From Chiloscyllium plagiosum (lineage: Eukaryota), in the NCBI RefSeq assembly GCF_004010195.1, contig NC_057718.1, forward strand, positions 90,997,353-91,061,352: a DNA stretch of 64,000 bases, read 5' to 3'. Each line of letters starts with the position of its first letter. The first letter of the stretch is position 1. Below, one piece after another: positions 14,416 to 26,139 of the stretch. Both the position numbers and the translations under genes were made by a program. The notes under the pieces are model-generated. The model ran no database searches, was not told the origin of the DNA, and saw only the letters and a program-made list of their open reading frames with translations.

Positions 14416-15062
14416 GGCGACACGGTTACTCAGTGGTTAGCACTGCTACCTCACAGTACCAGGGACCTGAGTTTGATTCCAGCTTCAGGTCACTATCTGC
14501 ATGGAGTATGCATATTCTCCCCCTGTCGGCATCTGTTTCTTCCAGGTGCTCTAGTTCCCTCCCACAGTCCGAAGATGTGCAGGTTAGGTGGATTGGCCAT
14601 GCTATGTTGCCCATAGTGTCCAGGGATATGCAGGCTAGTGGCATAGTCTTAGGAAATGCAGGGTTACAGGGATAGGGTTTGGGTAAGATTTCTTCGGAGG
14701 GTGGTGTAGTGATTAGAACCAGGTAGATCTTGTTGACTACAAGATCCTTGATTAGGTTTGTTAACCTGGGCCAATCAGGATCCCCTGGATGACCAATATT
14801 AACAGGGGATGGGTGCTGGGGAAAAGTAAGCACTACTGCTGTCAGGAGGTAGTGTGGGGTGATGTAATGAAAAGAAAAACAAGTGTAAACCAAAAAAAAT
14901 TAACAGGGGATTTAGAATCCCCTCAATTCAGGGGACTGACTCTAAGCGGCTGGCCACAGCCAGTGTACAGTGCATAATTTAATAAAGAGAGACTTGGTGA
15001 CAGGACTGTGGCCACTGTGCAGTTGTTTCAGTCAGTGTAGACTCAATGGGCTGAATGGCCTC
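14416..15062 (+). mobile_element. HE1-type tRNA SINE (split by LTR 14705-15030)
   Basis: ggcgacacggttactcagtggttagcactgct head; gtgcaggttaggtggattggccatgct body. Confidence 0.85.
14705..15030 (+). mobile_element. Solo LTR inserted in an HE1-type SINE
   Basis: TGTAGTG..TTTCA ends, AATAAA; similar to the 43847/44333/59602 LTRs; the SINE tail resumes at 15031. Confidence 0.75.
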
Positions 15063-15069
15063 TTTGTGA

Positions 15070-15533
15070 GCCGGTATGGTGGCTTAGTGATTAGCACTGC
15101 TATCTCACAGCACTAGGCACCCTGGTTCGATTCCAGCCTCTAGCGACTACGTGCAGTCTCCCCATGCCTGCATAGGTTTCCTCTGGGTGCACTGGCTTCC
15201 TCTCTCAGTCCAAAGGTATGCAGGTTAAATGGATTGGCCATGCTAAATTGCCCACAGTCTCCAGGGATGTCCAGACTAGGTGGATTAACCATGGGAAATG
15301 AAGGGCTACAAGGATAGGGTGGGGGTTGGGTCTGGATGGGAGGCTATTTGGAGGGGAAAGTGAGGACTGCAGACGCTGGAGATCAGAGTCGAAAAGTGTG
15401 TTGCTGGAAAAGCACAGCAGGTCAGGCAGCATCCGAGGAGCAGGAGAGTCAATGTTTCTGGCATAAGCTGTTAGAGAAGCAGTGTGGACTCGATAAGCTG
15501 AATGGCCAGTTTGCAAACTGTAGGGATTCTATG
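15070..15533 (+). mobile_element. HE1-type SINE interrupted by a Penelope-like fragment (~15355-15468)
   Basis: A/B boxes (tggcttagtga; ggttcgattcc) and CR1-type tail ctgtagggattctatga. Confidence 0.8.
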
Positions 15534-16039
15534 ATAAACTGAAGCAGAGATCCAACAGGTCATTTATTGAGATGTGATATTAGAAGTTAGGGTGAGTATG
15601 ACTTTGTGTATGTAATGAATTAATATTGGAGTAGTTTGCAAGCTGAGTAAAGTATTTTAACTAGATCGCACTGGATGTATTCAAAGCCCTGATCTGGAGT
15701 GTTTTTGAATTGTGCAACACCTGCCGCACCCCCACCACACAACCTACTCTTGTATAGGGACACTGAGGCCAATCGCAGTGTCCTAACCACTGCGTTTGCA
15801 GAAATCACTTTACACAGACTCAACATCAAAGCTGCGTGTTGGTTTGCGTGACTTTTTTCTTTCAGTTTGCCATTCCCCTTTCCAATTTCATGTATAATTG
15901 CTACGCTTCTGAAGAAGTGTCAGATTGCATGGTTCATCCAACTTTCCACTCCTACGTACTGGGAAAATTATTTCCAGTTTGGATTTCCTACTGCATGAAA
16001 GAGTTGGGAAGAGAGAGAACTTTCAGTCTATCTAAGAAA

Positions 16040-16430
16040 TTTGCATTTTTATATTATGCTTTTCTCAACCATCAGACATCGCAGAGCATTACACAGCCAA
16101 GTAAGTACTTTCTGAATGTGGTCACTGTTACAGTATAGGAAGTGCAGCAACCAGTGAGAGCTCAACAAGTTCCTGCAAACAGTAAAGTGTGGTGTGGATT
16201 TGAGGGATAAATATTGTTCAGGACATCTGGGGTTCATTCCCTCTTTGAAGTGTTGTCTTAGCATCTCTTCCATCTCCATGAGCAGGCAGCCACTTTGAAT
16301 ATCTTACCTGAAAAGCCTATGACAGTCTGACTAGAGTGTCAGCCTTGACTATTGCGTACAAGTCTTGGAGTGGTACCTGAATCCATAACCCTCTGATACA
16401 GAGGTGAGAGAGTAATGATAAGTGGGCAAT
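16040..16430 (-). mobile_element. Deu-domain SINE, old
   Basis: Homologous to 45410-45785 (gagggataaatattg..; tggagtggtacctgaatcc B-box complement). Confidence 0.6.
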
Positions 16431-16460
16431 TTTCTCAACCACTGGTCTGCCCAGGACCAT

Positions 16461-16923
16461 ATAGAACATAGAACAGTAATGTACAGGAACAGGCCATTCG
16501 GCCCACGATGTCGTGCCAACCATGATGCAAAATTAAACTAATCCCTTCTAACCACCCCAGTCCATAACCCTCCATCGCTTGCATATTCATGTGCTTATTT
16601 AAAAGTCCCTTAAGCACCCTTATTGTATCTGCCTCCACCACCACCCCTGGCAGTGCAGTCCAGACTCCTATTACACTCTGCGTAAAAAAAGACTTGTCCT
16701 TCATGTCTTCTTTGAACTTTGCCCCCTCACCTTAAATGCATGCCCCCTATTATTAGATGTTTCAAGGCTGGGAAAAAGATTCTGACCATCAACCCAACCT
16801 GTGCATCTCATAATTTATTATAGACTTCTATTAGGTTTCCCCTCAGCCTCCACCACTGGAGAAAACAACCCGAATATTTCTAGCCACTTATTGTAGCTCA
16901 TAATTGTAATCCAGGCAGCATCC
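16461..16923 (-). mobile_element. CR1 3' end
   Basis: FFTQSVIGVWTALP on minus; (atagaac) tail. Confidence 0.85.
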
Positions 16924-17159
16924 TATATGTGGGAATGGAGGTTTCCTTCAGACAAGGTGTTTTTATCATTTTAAAAATGGATTGTCACTCAAAGGTGACT
17001 TGGGAAAATAAATGTCAAATCCGCATCCTTTTGAGAGTTATTCTAGGTCCATTTGACGTTTGTATTTGACATTCATCTCGTCTTATATTATGTCCAAAGA
17101 TAACACCAGTTAGGGTGAGGTAATGTCATTAATTTCAGTAGATTGTTGAACCTCTCTTC

Positions 17160-17920
17160 AGAGTCATAGTCATAGAGATGTACAGCATGGAAACAGACCC
17201 TTCAGTCCAACTCGACCAGATATCCCAATCCAATCTAGTCCCACTGCCAGCACCCAACCCATATCCCTCCAAAGTCTTCCTATACATATACCCATCCAAA
17301 CGTCTTTTAAATGTTGAAATTGTACCAGCCTCCATCACTTCCTATTCAATATATGCACCACCCTCTGCATGAAAACATTGCCCCTTAGGTCTCTTATATC
17401 TTTCCCCTCTCACCCTAAACCTATGCCCTCTAGTTTTGGACTACCCCATCCCAGGGAAAAGACTTTGTCTATTTATCCCATCCATGCCCCTCATGATTTT
17501 ATAAACCTCTGTAAAGGCATCCCTGAGCCTCCGATGCTTTAGAGAAAACAGCCCAGCCTGTTCAGCCTCTCTCTTTTGCATCCTTGTAAATCTTTTCTGA
17601 ACCCTTTCAAATTTCACAACATCCTTCTGATAGGAGGGAGACCAGAATTGCACACAGCATTCCAAAAGTGGCCTACCCAATGTCCTGTACATCTGCAACA
17701 TGACCTCCCAATTCCTGTACTCGATACTCTGACCAATAAAGGAAAGCATACCAAACACCACCTTCACTATTTTATCTATCTGAAACTCTACTTTCAAGAG
17801 CTATGAACCTGCACTCCAAGGTCTCTTTGATCATACCGTTAAGTGTATAAATTGCGCTAAGATTTGCTTTCCCAAAATGCAGCACCTCGCATTTATCTAA
17901 ATTAAACTGCATCTGCCACT
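17160..17920 (-). mobile_element. CR1 LINE 3' end
   Basis: ORF 17441..17797(-) RPLLECCVQFWSP. Confidence 0.9.
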
Positions 17921-18589
17921 TGAAAGCGCATTGACTCTAAAGTGAAAATTGTTCCTTTTGGGCTTTTGCATTAATTTTTTGATGTTCTGCCATGACCACT
18001 TGGTGGCTTTAAACAAGAAATGAGAATGTCTGGTTCCCAGAGGTTTACCGAGTTTCCAAGAGCCAGCCATTTGGTACCGCTGTGAGAATAAAAGGCCAAA
18101 TGTTTCTTTTGCTTTTTACATCTCGGTTTCTTTCCTGTACTGAACCAAGAGCCATTATTGAAATTCTGAACCTGTTCGACCATTGGGATGAAGCTTAGGT
18201 TCCATCATCTTCTCTGTGGCTCAGTAGTCTGCACCAACATTCCTCTGATCCCACCATGACTATTGTAAAAGCAGGTGTAAAAGTAGGAGTAAAAGTAAAT
18301 CAGATGGACGACTTGAACCTGCTCACCTGCTTTGTGGCAATTACAGCCTAGAGCACTGGGTCACCTTGACAATTTTGTCAAATAGGATAGTAAGCATGGT
18401 TAAATATATATGTCTGGAAGGGACTGGATAAGCATGTTGTGGAACCTATTTCTGTAGTGCTAGAATTCTCAAGTGAGCTATTAACCAGTAGCCTGGAAAT
18501 AAATAACACTTGGATCCCAAACAGAAGTGCATTGGCAAAGGAAAGTTGTTTGATAGGGGACCCAACTTTCCTTTTAAATTACCTCATTA

Positions 18590-18786
18590 CGAGTGATTCC
18601 TGCAGAAGTAATTTTCGTCCTATTGGCTGACCCAGCTGAGAGGCTTGCTGTGAGAACCTGGACAGCAGCCCACAGGAAAAAGGACGCCCTTTACTCTGTT
18701 TCTGCAACAGTCTCTGCATGGTGCAGAATGCTGTTTGTGTTGCACTTCTTGTATCATGTTTAAAACATTATCCAGGGCTTCTTTAG
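18590..18786 (+). promoter_or_regulatory. Candidate promoter/first exon
   Basis: Unique sequence with a reverse CCAAT (attgg, ~18622) and GGAA motifs, ending at a consensus donor TAG|gtaagt (18787). Start is not defined. Confidence 0.3.
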
Positions 18787-19432
18787 GTAAGTGTGTTTAG
18801 ACCGTTGGCTCTGCTAATCAGTCCACTGTTAGTATTTTGTTTCGCTGTTATTCATAAGAGGTTGATTTACATTAACTCTGATCAACGGAAGGCTGACTAA
18901 ACATTCAAAGCAGTTTATTAATTGCATATGCAAGGTTTCCTCCTTTTTTCGCCAGGCTTTACCAGAAATGTTGCAGTAACTTTTTAAAAATTCTTTCATA
19001 TTTACGATAATGGTCAGTAATGAAATACTTTATATATTATTATACAAATTAATTTTGAGTTTGGCTTGATCATGATGTGGTACTGCAAGTAGACACAAGT
19101 ATCCGAAGGATTACATTGAACTTGCTGGAACTATGATTGTAATAATGTAAACCAAAGTAAGTTGTGGCTGTTGAACCCCTTTTAACGGTTTGTCATATGT
19201 CTTGTAATGTTTTATGATATAAAAGTCACTAAATGGAAGTTAGTATTTTCACTGTAGAGTTATTCCTAGAGTCTGATGATACTTAAGCTGGTATTACCTG
19301 TTCTAATTCCTCTGATTATTATAAACCTTGTAATGTCTGAACTTAACTGGCACATTCACATTGTTTTCGAAAGTGCCACACCAATGGTTGTAGGGTGGAG
19401 TAACCATTGATGTAATTAACGGCTTCAGTATC

Positions 19433-19568
19433 GAGGTAAAAACAATGACTGCAGATACTGGAAACCAAAGTTTAGATTAGAGTGGTGCTGGAAAAGCACA
19501 GCAGTTCAGGCAGCATCCGAGGAGCAGTAAAATCGACATTTCGGGCAAAAGCCCTTCATCAGGAATAC
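19433..19568 (-). mobile_element. Penelope-like terminal-repeat fragment with 10-bp TSD
   Basis: TSD cttcagtatc at 19423-19432 and 19569-19578; homologous to 50352-50478. Confidence 0.85.
19531..19566 (-). ncRNA. Minimal type I hammerhead ribozyme motif
   Basis: AUUC-CUGAUGA-A-GGGC UUUU GCCC-GAAA-UGUC-GAUU. Confidence 0.6.
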
Positions 19569-20036
19569 CTTCAGTATCATCAATACTTATTGTACTGTAT
19601 GGATTGAGGCTGAGATTCAACTGGGAATTTATTGAGATATAGAGTTAAAGGTTAGAGTGAATGCAACATTACGTAAGGAATAAGTTATTTTAGTATTGGA
19701 GTACTTTGCAAGCTTAGTAAAGCACTAATTGAATAAGATTTTGCTAGATATATTCAAAGTGCTGATTGGGACTACTTTTTAAGTTTTGTCCAGCATTTTA
19801 GTGTCACCCAGGATAATGGGTACCCAAAGGTAAAATGCTATCTGCATTTTGAATTTGACTGTCTGTTCTCATATGGCAAACAATGAACTACAATTTAATT
19901 TCTCCACATTTAATATCTTATGAAAAATGTCAAAATGAGTTATAGTGAATGCTTTGACTATTAGCTAATCTGTCTTGAGGATTTCTTTTTAATTTTTGTT
20001 CATTTCTAATCATTTTCTTATTTTTTAAAATCTTAG

Positions 20037-20092
20037 TGACACCGTGACTCCTAATGGTGTAGCTGTCCACAGTGGATGAAACGTAAATACGG
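20037..20092 (+). other. Candidate non-coding 5'UTR exon of the RIN2-like gene
   Basis: Long T-rich tract plus tcttag| acceptor and GG|gtaagt donor flank 56 nt of unique sequence. No transcript evidence. Confidence 0.45.
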
Positions 20093-20789
20093 GTAAGTGC
20101 AATTTTCTGCTGGTTTACATCTTATTGAAGTCCTACAACACGAACACACAAGCTGCTGCACATTCAGAGCCCCTCAATGTTAAAATAACAACTTCCTAAT
20201 TGTTGAATAAATGCAGAGAAAGATGAAAGCAAGCTCATGTAGAGCATAAACACCAGCAGAGACCTATTAGATAAAATGGCCTGTTTCAATGCTGTAAATA
20301 AAATGTAAAAAAAGATTGAGCTGTTAACTTGCATTAGAACTGGACTAGCTCAGAAGTTATGTGACACCAGGTTATAGTCCAAAAGGTTTAATTGAAATCG
20401 CAAGCTTTCAGAGCACTGCTCCCTCATCAGATGACCTGACAAGCTTTCGGAGCGTTGCTCCCTCATGATTTAAAATGAATCCTTTGGGCTATAACCTGGT
20501 GTCATGTGACTTCTGACTTTGTCCATTGGCACCATTGGACTGGAATAGCACAAATGTTGATCAGGTGTGAGAAACACACAGACCTATGTAGTGCATCTGC
20601 ACTGGCCAATGAATACAGCACCTGCAGGTAAATCAGCTTTATTATGTAGTCATTTGCATTAAAGCATTATTAGTTTATGATATGATATTGCTGCTTCAGC
20701 ACTTAGTGATATAAGCGTAGATTTGACAGTGTTAAAGGAGGCACTTGACGGTTAATTTAAGAATATGAGAAGATCCTTTTTAAACAACT

Positions 20790-21025
20790 AGAAGAAAGTG
20801 AGGATTGCAGATGCTGGAGATCAGGGTCAAAAAGTATGGCGCTGGAAAAGCACAGTCGGTCAGGCATCATCTGAGGAGCAGGAGAGTTGATGTTTCGGGC
20901 ATAAGCCCTTCATCAGGAATGTGGGCTTATTACTGATGAAGGGCCTCTGCCCAAAATGTTGATCCTCCTGCTCCTCGGATGCTTCCTGACCTGCTGTGCT
21001 TTTCCAGCACCACACTTTTCTTGAC
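20790..21025. mobile_element. Inverted pair of Penelope-like terminal repeats
   Basis: Two arms in opposite orientation around ~20925; imperfect direct repeat (cc-Tn-aaacaa) on both flanks. Confidence 0.8.
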
Positions 21026-22098
21026 CCTTTTTAAAACAAGTTAATGCCTTCATTAAAGCGGTGATCAGAAAGTTGTGGCATGAGCAAATTAAGTATTTTG
21101 GTGTTTGGTGTACCAAGTAATTTCTAAGCTATAGATCTTGGTGTGAGAACCCTTGCAGGAGACTAGTTGAAACATTATTTTTCTCGGTAGAACGAATGTG
21201 GTGCAGAGAACTGGTTGCTTTTCGTTATAGGTTAATACACAGCTTGCATAATTCTTCTCAGTTTAGTGCATGGCTTTTGAAAAACATGGGTGTAGTTGCA
21301 AATAGCAAAAGTTAACCATCATGTCTGGCTCAATATCCAGCTGTTTTTACTGTCAGCTGGAAACATTGCCATATTTCGTAATAAGTGAATTTGGTTCATA
21401 CATTCTGTGTGATACTGCCACTGTTTTGTTTTGTGTTCTTCAAATCAAAAATGCTGTAGGCCTGGTACGTGAGTCTGCAAAATCCGTGACACATTTAAAC
21501 CATTCCAAGTGTTATGGGTGTGCACTTAAATTGAGCTATTGGATGTGAGTTGAAAATTACATCTTCTCAAGTTTGTCTCCTTTTATTCCCATGCCAGTTT
21601 CTTAGTTATAAACAAATAACTCAATCTCTCGACTTTAATACCAGATAGGTATGACCAAAAAGATATAAGATATGTATAAATTACTATCCTAGAAATTTGT
21701 CATGGTTCCTTTTGGCATCTTATACAAAACTTTAGCTTTATGAATGTTAGGGCAAACCGCAACGAGGCAAGGCTTCTGGTACGTGTAAAAATAGAGAGTG
21801 GATGATAAAGATGCAAAAAAACTATTGCCAACTTTCTCAGGGAATAGTATACTGTTTCAATGTCACAATGTGTTTTTTTTTAATTGAGCACAGGATTAAC
21901 TTTCTCAATAAGGAATAAAGTTATTGAATGCTTGTTATTTTGAATGTTTGCTGCTACATTTGTATCAGATGCAACGGTGAATGTGACTCTATTTGTAACA
22001 ACTGATTTCATTAGTAAAAAGGAAGTAAATGAATATCTAGTTCAATATTATTTTCCTCCATGGTAGCAACAAGCTGAAGAAGTTTGCTTTGGTCAATT

Positions 22099-22876
22099 AT
22101 AGAGTCATACAGCGCGGAAACAGACACTTCAATTCAACCAGTCCCCACCAACCAGAATTGCAAACTAAAGTAGACCCACCTGCCAGTCATATCCCTCCAA
22201 ACCTTTCCTATTCATGAACTTATCGAAATACCTTTTCAACTTTGCAACTGTACCTGCACCCACCACTTTCTCTGGCAGTTCATTCCACTCACGAATCACT
22301 TTATAAAGAAAAAATGGTCCTTTATGACATTTTAAAATCCTTCTTCTTTCACCTTAAAAATATGCCCCCTAGTTTTGAGCTCCCCCACCCTAGGGGAAAG
22401 ACCCTTGTCATTCACCCTACCTATGCTCCTCATGATTTTATAAACCATAATAAGGTCATGCCTTAACCTCCTCCATTCCAGTGAAAAAAGTCCCAGTCTT
22501 TCCAGTCTATTTTTATATCTCAAATTCTATTCTTGGCAACATCCTGGTAAATCTTTTCTGAATCCAGTGATATCCTTCCTATAACAGTGCAACTAGAACT
22601 GGACACAGTATTCCATAACAGGCCTCATCAATATCCAGTACAACCTCAGCATGATGTTCCAACTCTTTTATTCAAAGATCCGAGAAATAAAGGCAATGCT
22701 TTCTTAACCATGCTGCCTTCAAAGAACTATGTACCTGAACCCCTAGGTGTCTCTGTGCTACAACATTACCTAATTCTGAGTCCTGTCCTTGTTTGTATTC
22801 TCAAAATGCAATGCCTCTCATTTATCTAAAACTCGATCTGCCACTCCTCAGCCCATTGACCCAATTGATCAAGATC
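22099..22876 (-). mobile_element. CR1 LINE 3' end
   Basis: RLERLGLFSLEWRRLRHDLIMVYKIM on minus. Confidence 0.85.
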
Positions 22877-23065
22877 TAATTTAATGGTCTTGTGATTCTG
22901 GTTGTTTTGGAGGTTGGGAGGGTTGCGTGGGAGTCCGTGTCATTGCAGCAGTGGGCAGTTCTGTGGATTGCCTAGCCTCATCTTATGAAACCATATGAAA
23001 ATACATATTTTCATGAGTTTAGCTTGCTTTGTCTATTATAAAGCAATGCCGAAGTCAGTTTCAAG

Positions 23066-23477
23066 TTGTTTTCCCTTGAGCGTCGGAGGCTGAAGAGGTA
23101 TCTATAAACTTTATAGAGGTTTACAAAATTGAGGGGTATGGATAGGATAAATAGACAAAGTCTTTTCCCTAGGGTGGGGAGTCCAGAACACGAGGGCATA
23201 GGTTTAGGTGAGAAGGGAAAGATATGAAAGAGACCTAAGGAGCAACTTCGTCATGCAGAGTGTGGTACGTGTATGGAATGAGCTGCCAGAGGAAGTGGTG
23301 GAGGCTGGTACAATTGCAACATTTAAGAGCATTTGGATGGGTATATGAATAAGAAGGGTTTGGAGGGATATGGGCCGGATGCTGACAGATGGGACTAGAT
23401 TAGGTTGGGATATCTGGTCGACATGGACAGGTTGGACCGAAGGGTCTGTTTCCATGCTGTACATCTCTATGACTCTA
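23066..23477 (+). mobile_element. CR1 LINE 3' end
   Basis: Same 3' sequence as 37238-37590. Confidence 0.9.
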
Positions 23478-24628
23478 ATCTCCGACAACCTTCTTCACTG
23501 TCCACTATACCACCAATATTGGTGTCATCCGCAAATTTATTAATCATGCCTCGTTTATTCTCACCCAAATCACTTATATAACGGACATGGAAAAGTGGAC
23601 ACAGCACCAATCCCTGTGGAACACCACTGGTCAGTCTGAAACACAACCCTCCACCACCACCCTCTGTCTCCTACCATAAAGCCAATTTTGTGTCTAATTG
23701 GCAAGTTCACCCTGAATCCCGTGTGATCTACTTTTACTAATTACTCTCCCATGTGGAACCTTGTCAAAGGCTTTTCTAAAGTCAAAGTAAACAACATCAA
23801 CTGCACTGCCCTCATCAATCTTTTTGTTTACTTCATTAAAAAAATTCAAGTATGTGAGACACTATTTTATTTGCACAGAACTATGCTGACTATCTTTAAT
23901 CAATCCTTGCCTCTCCAAATGCATATAAAATCATCTCCAACAATCTACCCACCACCAATGTCAGACTCACAGGTCTATAGTTTCCAGGCTTCTTACAGCC
24001 TTACTTAAACCATGGCACAACATTAGCCACCCTCCACTCCTCTGGTACTTCACCTGGGTTTATAAATGATGCAAATATTTCTGCTAGGGTGCAGAAATTT
24101 CCTCCCTAACTTCCCAAAACAACTCATCCATGCCGACCAGTTTTACTAAACTAGTCCCATTTGCCTGCATTTGGATTCTAAGCCTTTCCTATCCATGTAC
24201 CTGTCCAAATGTCTTTTAACTGTTGGAATTATACCCGCCTCTACCACTTCCTCTGGCAGCTCATTTCACATGTGCACCATTCATGTGAAAAGGTTGCCCC
24301 TCTGATCCCTTTTAAATGTTTTCCCCACTCACTGTAAATCCATGGTAGTTTTAGACCACCCTATCCTGGGATAAAGGCCTTGGCTATTCACGTTATCTGT
24401 GCCCCTTGTGATTTTATAAATCTCTATAAGGTCACCCCACAACCATCTCCGCTCCAGGGAAAAAAGGTCAAAGCCTATCCAGCCTCTCCTTAAAACTCAA
24501 ACCTTCCAGTCTCAATAACGTTCTTGTAAATCATTTTTGCACCCTTTCCAGTTTAATAACATACTTCCTGTAGTAGGGTGACCAGAATTGTATGCAGTAC
24601 CCCAAAGGTGGCCTTATCAACAGCTTGT
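23478..24628 (-). mobile_element. Decayed CR1 fragments (RT core and 3' end)
   Basis: ttggtgtcatccgcaaattt is KFADDT on minus; a second 3'-end piece runs from ~24121. Confidence 0.8.
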
Positions 24629-26139
24629 ATTACAGTGGCTATTTACTAGGTAGCAAGGTAGTTTAATAGATTGTTTTACCTAATTTCCTAGATGCAAGGA
24701 GAACGAAGAGAAAGAAATGGATAAAGAGCCATTATATTGATATTTCCTACCTGTGTGACATGAATGAATGTCATGGAGCCACTGGCCCAGCACTCCATTT
24801 AAGTTGTTCTGAAGTGGCCTTAGTAGGAATGATTTCAGTGTGGCATCAGATGTCATTGTAAGAGTCTGAATGATGTGCTCAACAGGATAAAGTTCCTAAA
24901 TTACTTCCTACCGGACAAAACAGGAACCTTCGAACCTGATTCTGAAGATGAAACTGAAAAAGGTATTACAAAAAAACAATAGGAAATGCAAGCTGCGGCA
25001 GACCACATGAAGATCGAACAAAGCTGATCATCTGCCTGCCTTAATTGCTTCACTTCCGTTGATTCCCTAAAGATCAAAATAAAAGTGTCCATCTCTAAAG
25101 GTACTCAATAATGGAGCATCATAATTTCTAAAATAGGGAGTTCCACAACATTTTGAGTAAAGAAATTTCTCCTCGTACTTGGCCTAAATGATTAAGATTG
25201 TCTCCTGATGTTTTATATTTCCCAATCAGGGCGAGCAACCTCCACTCAGTGTCAACTTTGTCAGATCTCCTTACAATCTGGTTTATTTAACTGAGCTTAC
25301 TTCTCATTGCTCTTCACCCGAAGGTCCAGGAGTTAGGTACGAAAAGCTCATTCAAATTTTAAGATCTTCAAACTTCTTAAAAGAATTAATGACGTCCTGT
25401 TACGTTCCTGGAAATATTAAGCAATATCAATCTTTTAGTTAAATTAGAATCGAAACAAAGATGAGCATTGATAATTCGATGTGTCTTAAAGTTAATGAAC
25501 TTGAGACTGAAGAGAAGCTTGGGACAAATTCCAGTAATGGTTACATTGTCAGTCTCTAGATCAGGCTGCCTTTCATATTGTAAAAACAACTATGTAGCAG
25601 CAATCTAAAATGTGCTTATTTCCCTTGATTTGAGAAATACTTTTATAGCTTTGCTAACCTATTACTCCAAAGAGTTGAGAATGAGTGAAAATTGGCTTTC
25701 TACGCACCATGATTAATTGTATCCTTTTTGTTGGGATTTTGATTTATTGTTAGAACTTCCAGCTGTCTACCCTAACACAGTCTGGAAGTGCTCTTGGGCG
25801 CTGTTTTAGAGTGTTTTCCTGTAACTTTGAGAAGACTTCTTGTACAGCTAGTACTTAATAGTGCTTTCCAAAGGATTGAGCCTCTCAGACACTGCTAATA
25901 TCTCAGTTCATTTGCAAATCTCCTGTAATATTTCACGCTGAAACAGGATGATCCTGACTGATGGTATACCATAGCAGTTTCCAGCAAGGGGATAGATGAC
26001 TATCCAGCAAGGCGTTTGTTCTTGGGAAATTGTCAAATATTGCTGCTAAGAATGTCAATTTTAGGAGTTCTAGACATTTACTGAAAACACACCATTATGA
26101 AGCTGAACCTGGCTTGCAGCTGATCAGAGACCACTTTAA

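Larger units (their letters stand above)
13352..15712 (-). pseudogene. Unidentified decayed sequence, copy A (13352-13748 + 15535-15712, split by nested TEs)
   Basis: Homologous to 19057-19790; codon-periodic differences in several blocks; multiple stops and frameshifts. Confidence 0.4.
19057..19790 (-). pseudogene. Unidentified decayed sequence, copy B (split by the 19433-19568 insert)
   Basis: Shared blocks with copy A include tggtactgcaag, ttgaacttgctggaactatg, aagtgccacaccaatg and tattggagta.tttgcaagct.agtaaag. Confidence 0.4.

Noticed and set aside
13352..19790. NUMT (ND6-like 'YPE' motif, TGG/TGA swap) as the explanation for the duplicated segment
   Set aside because: I found no sustained similarity to mitochondrial proteins or tRNAs, and stops remain under the mitochondrial code.
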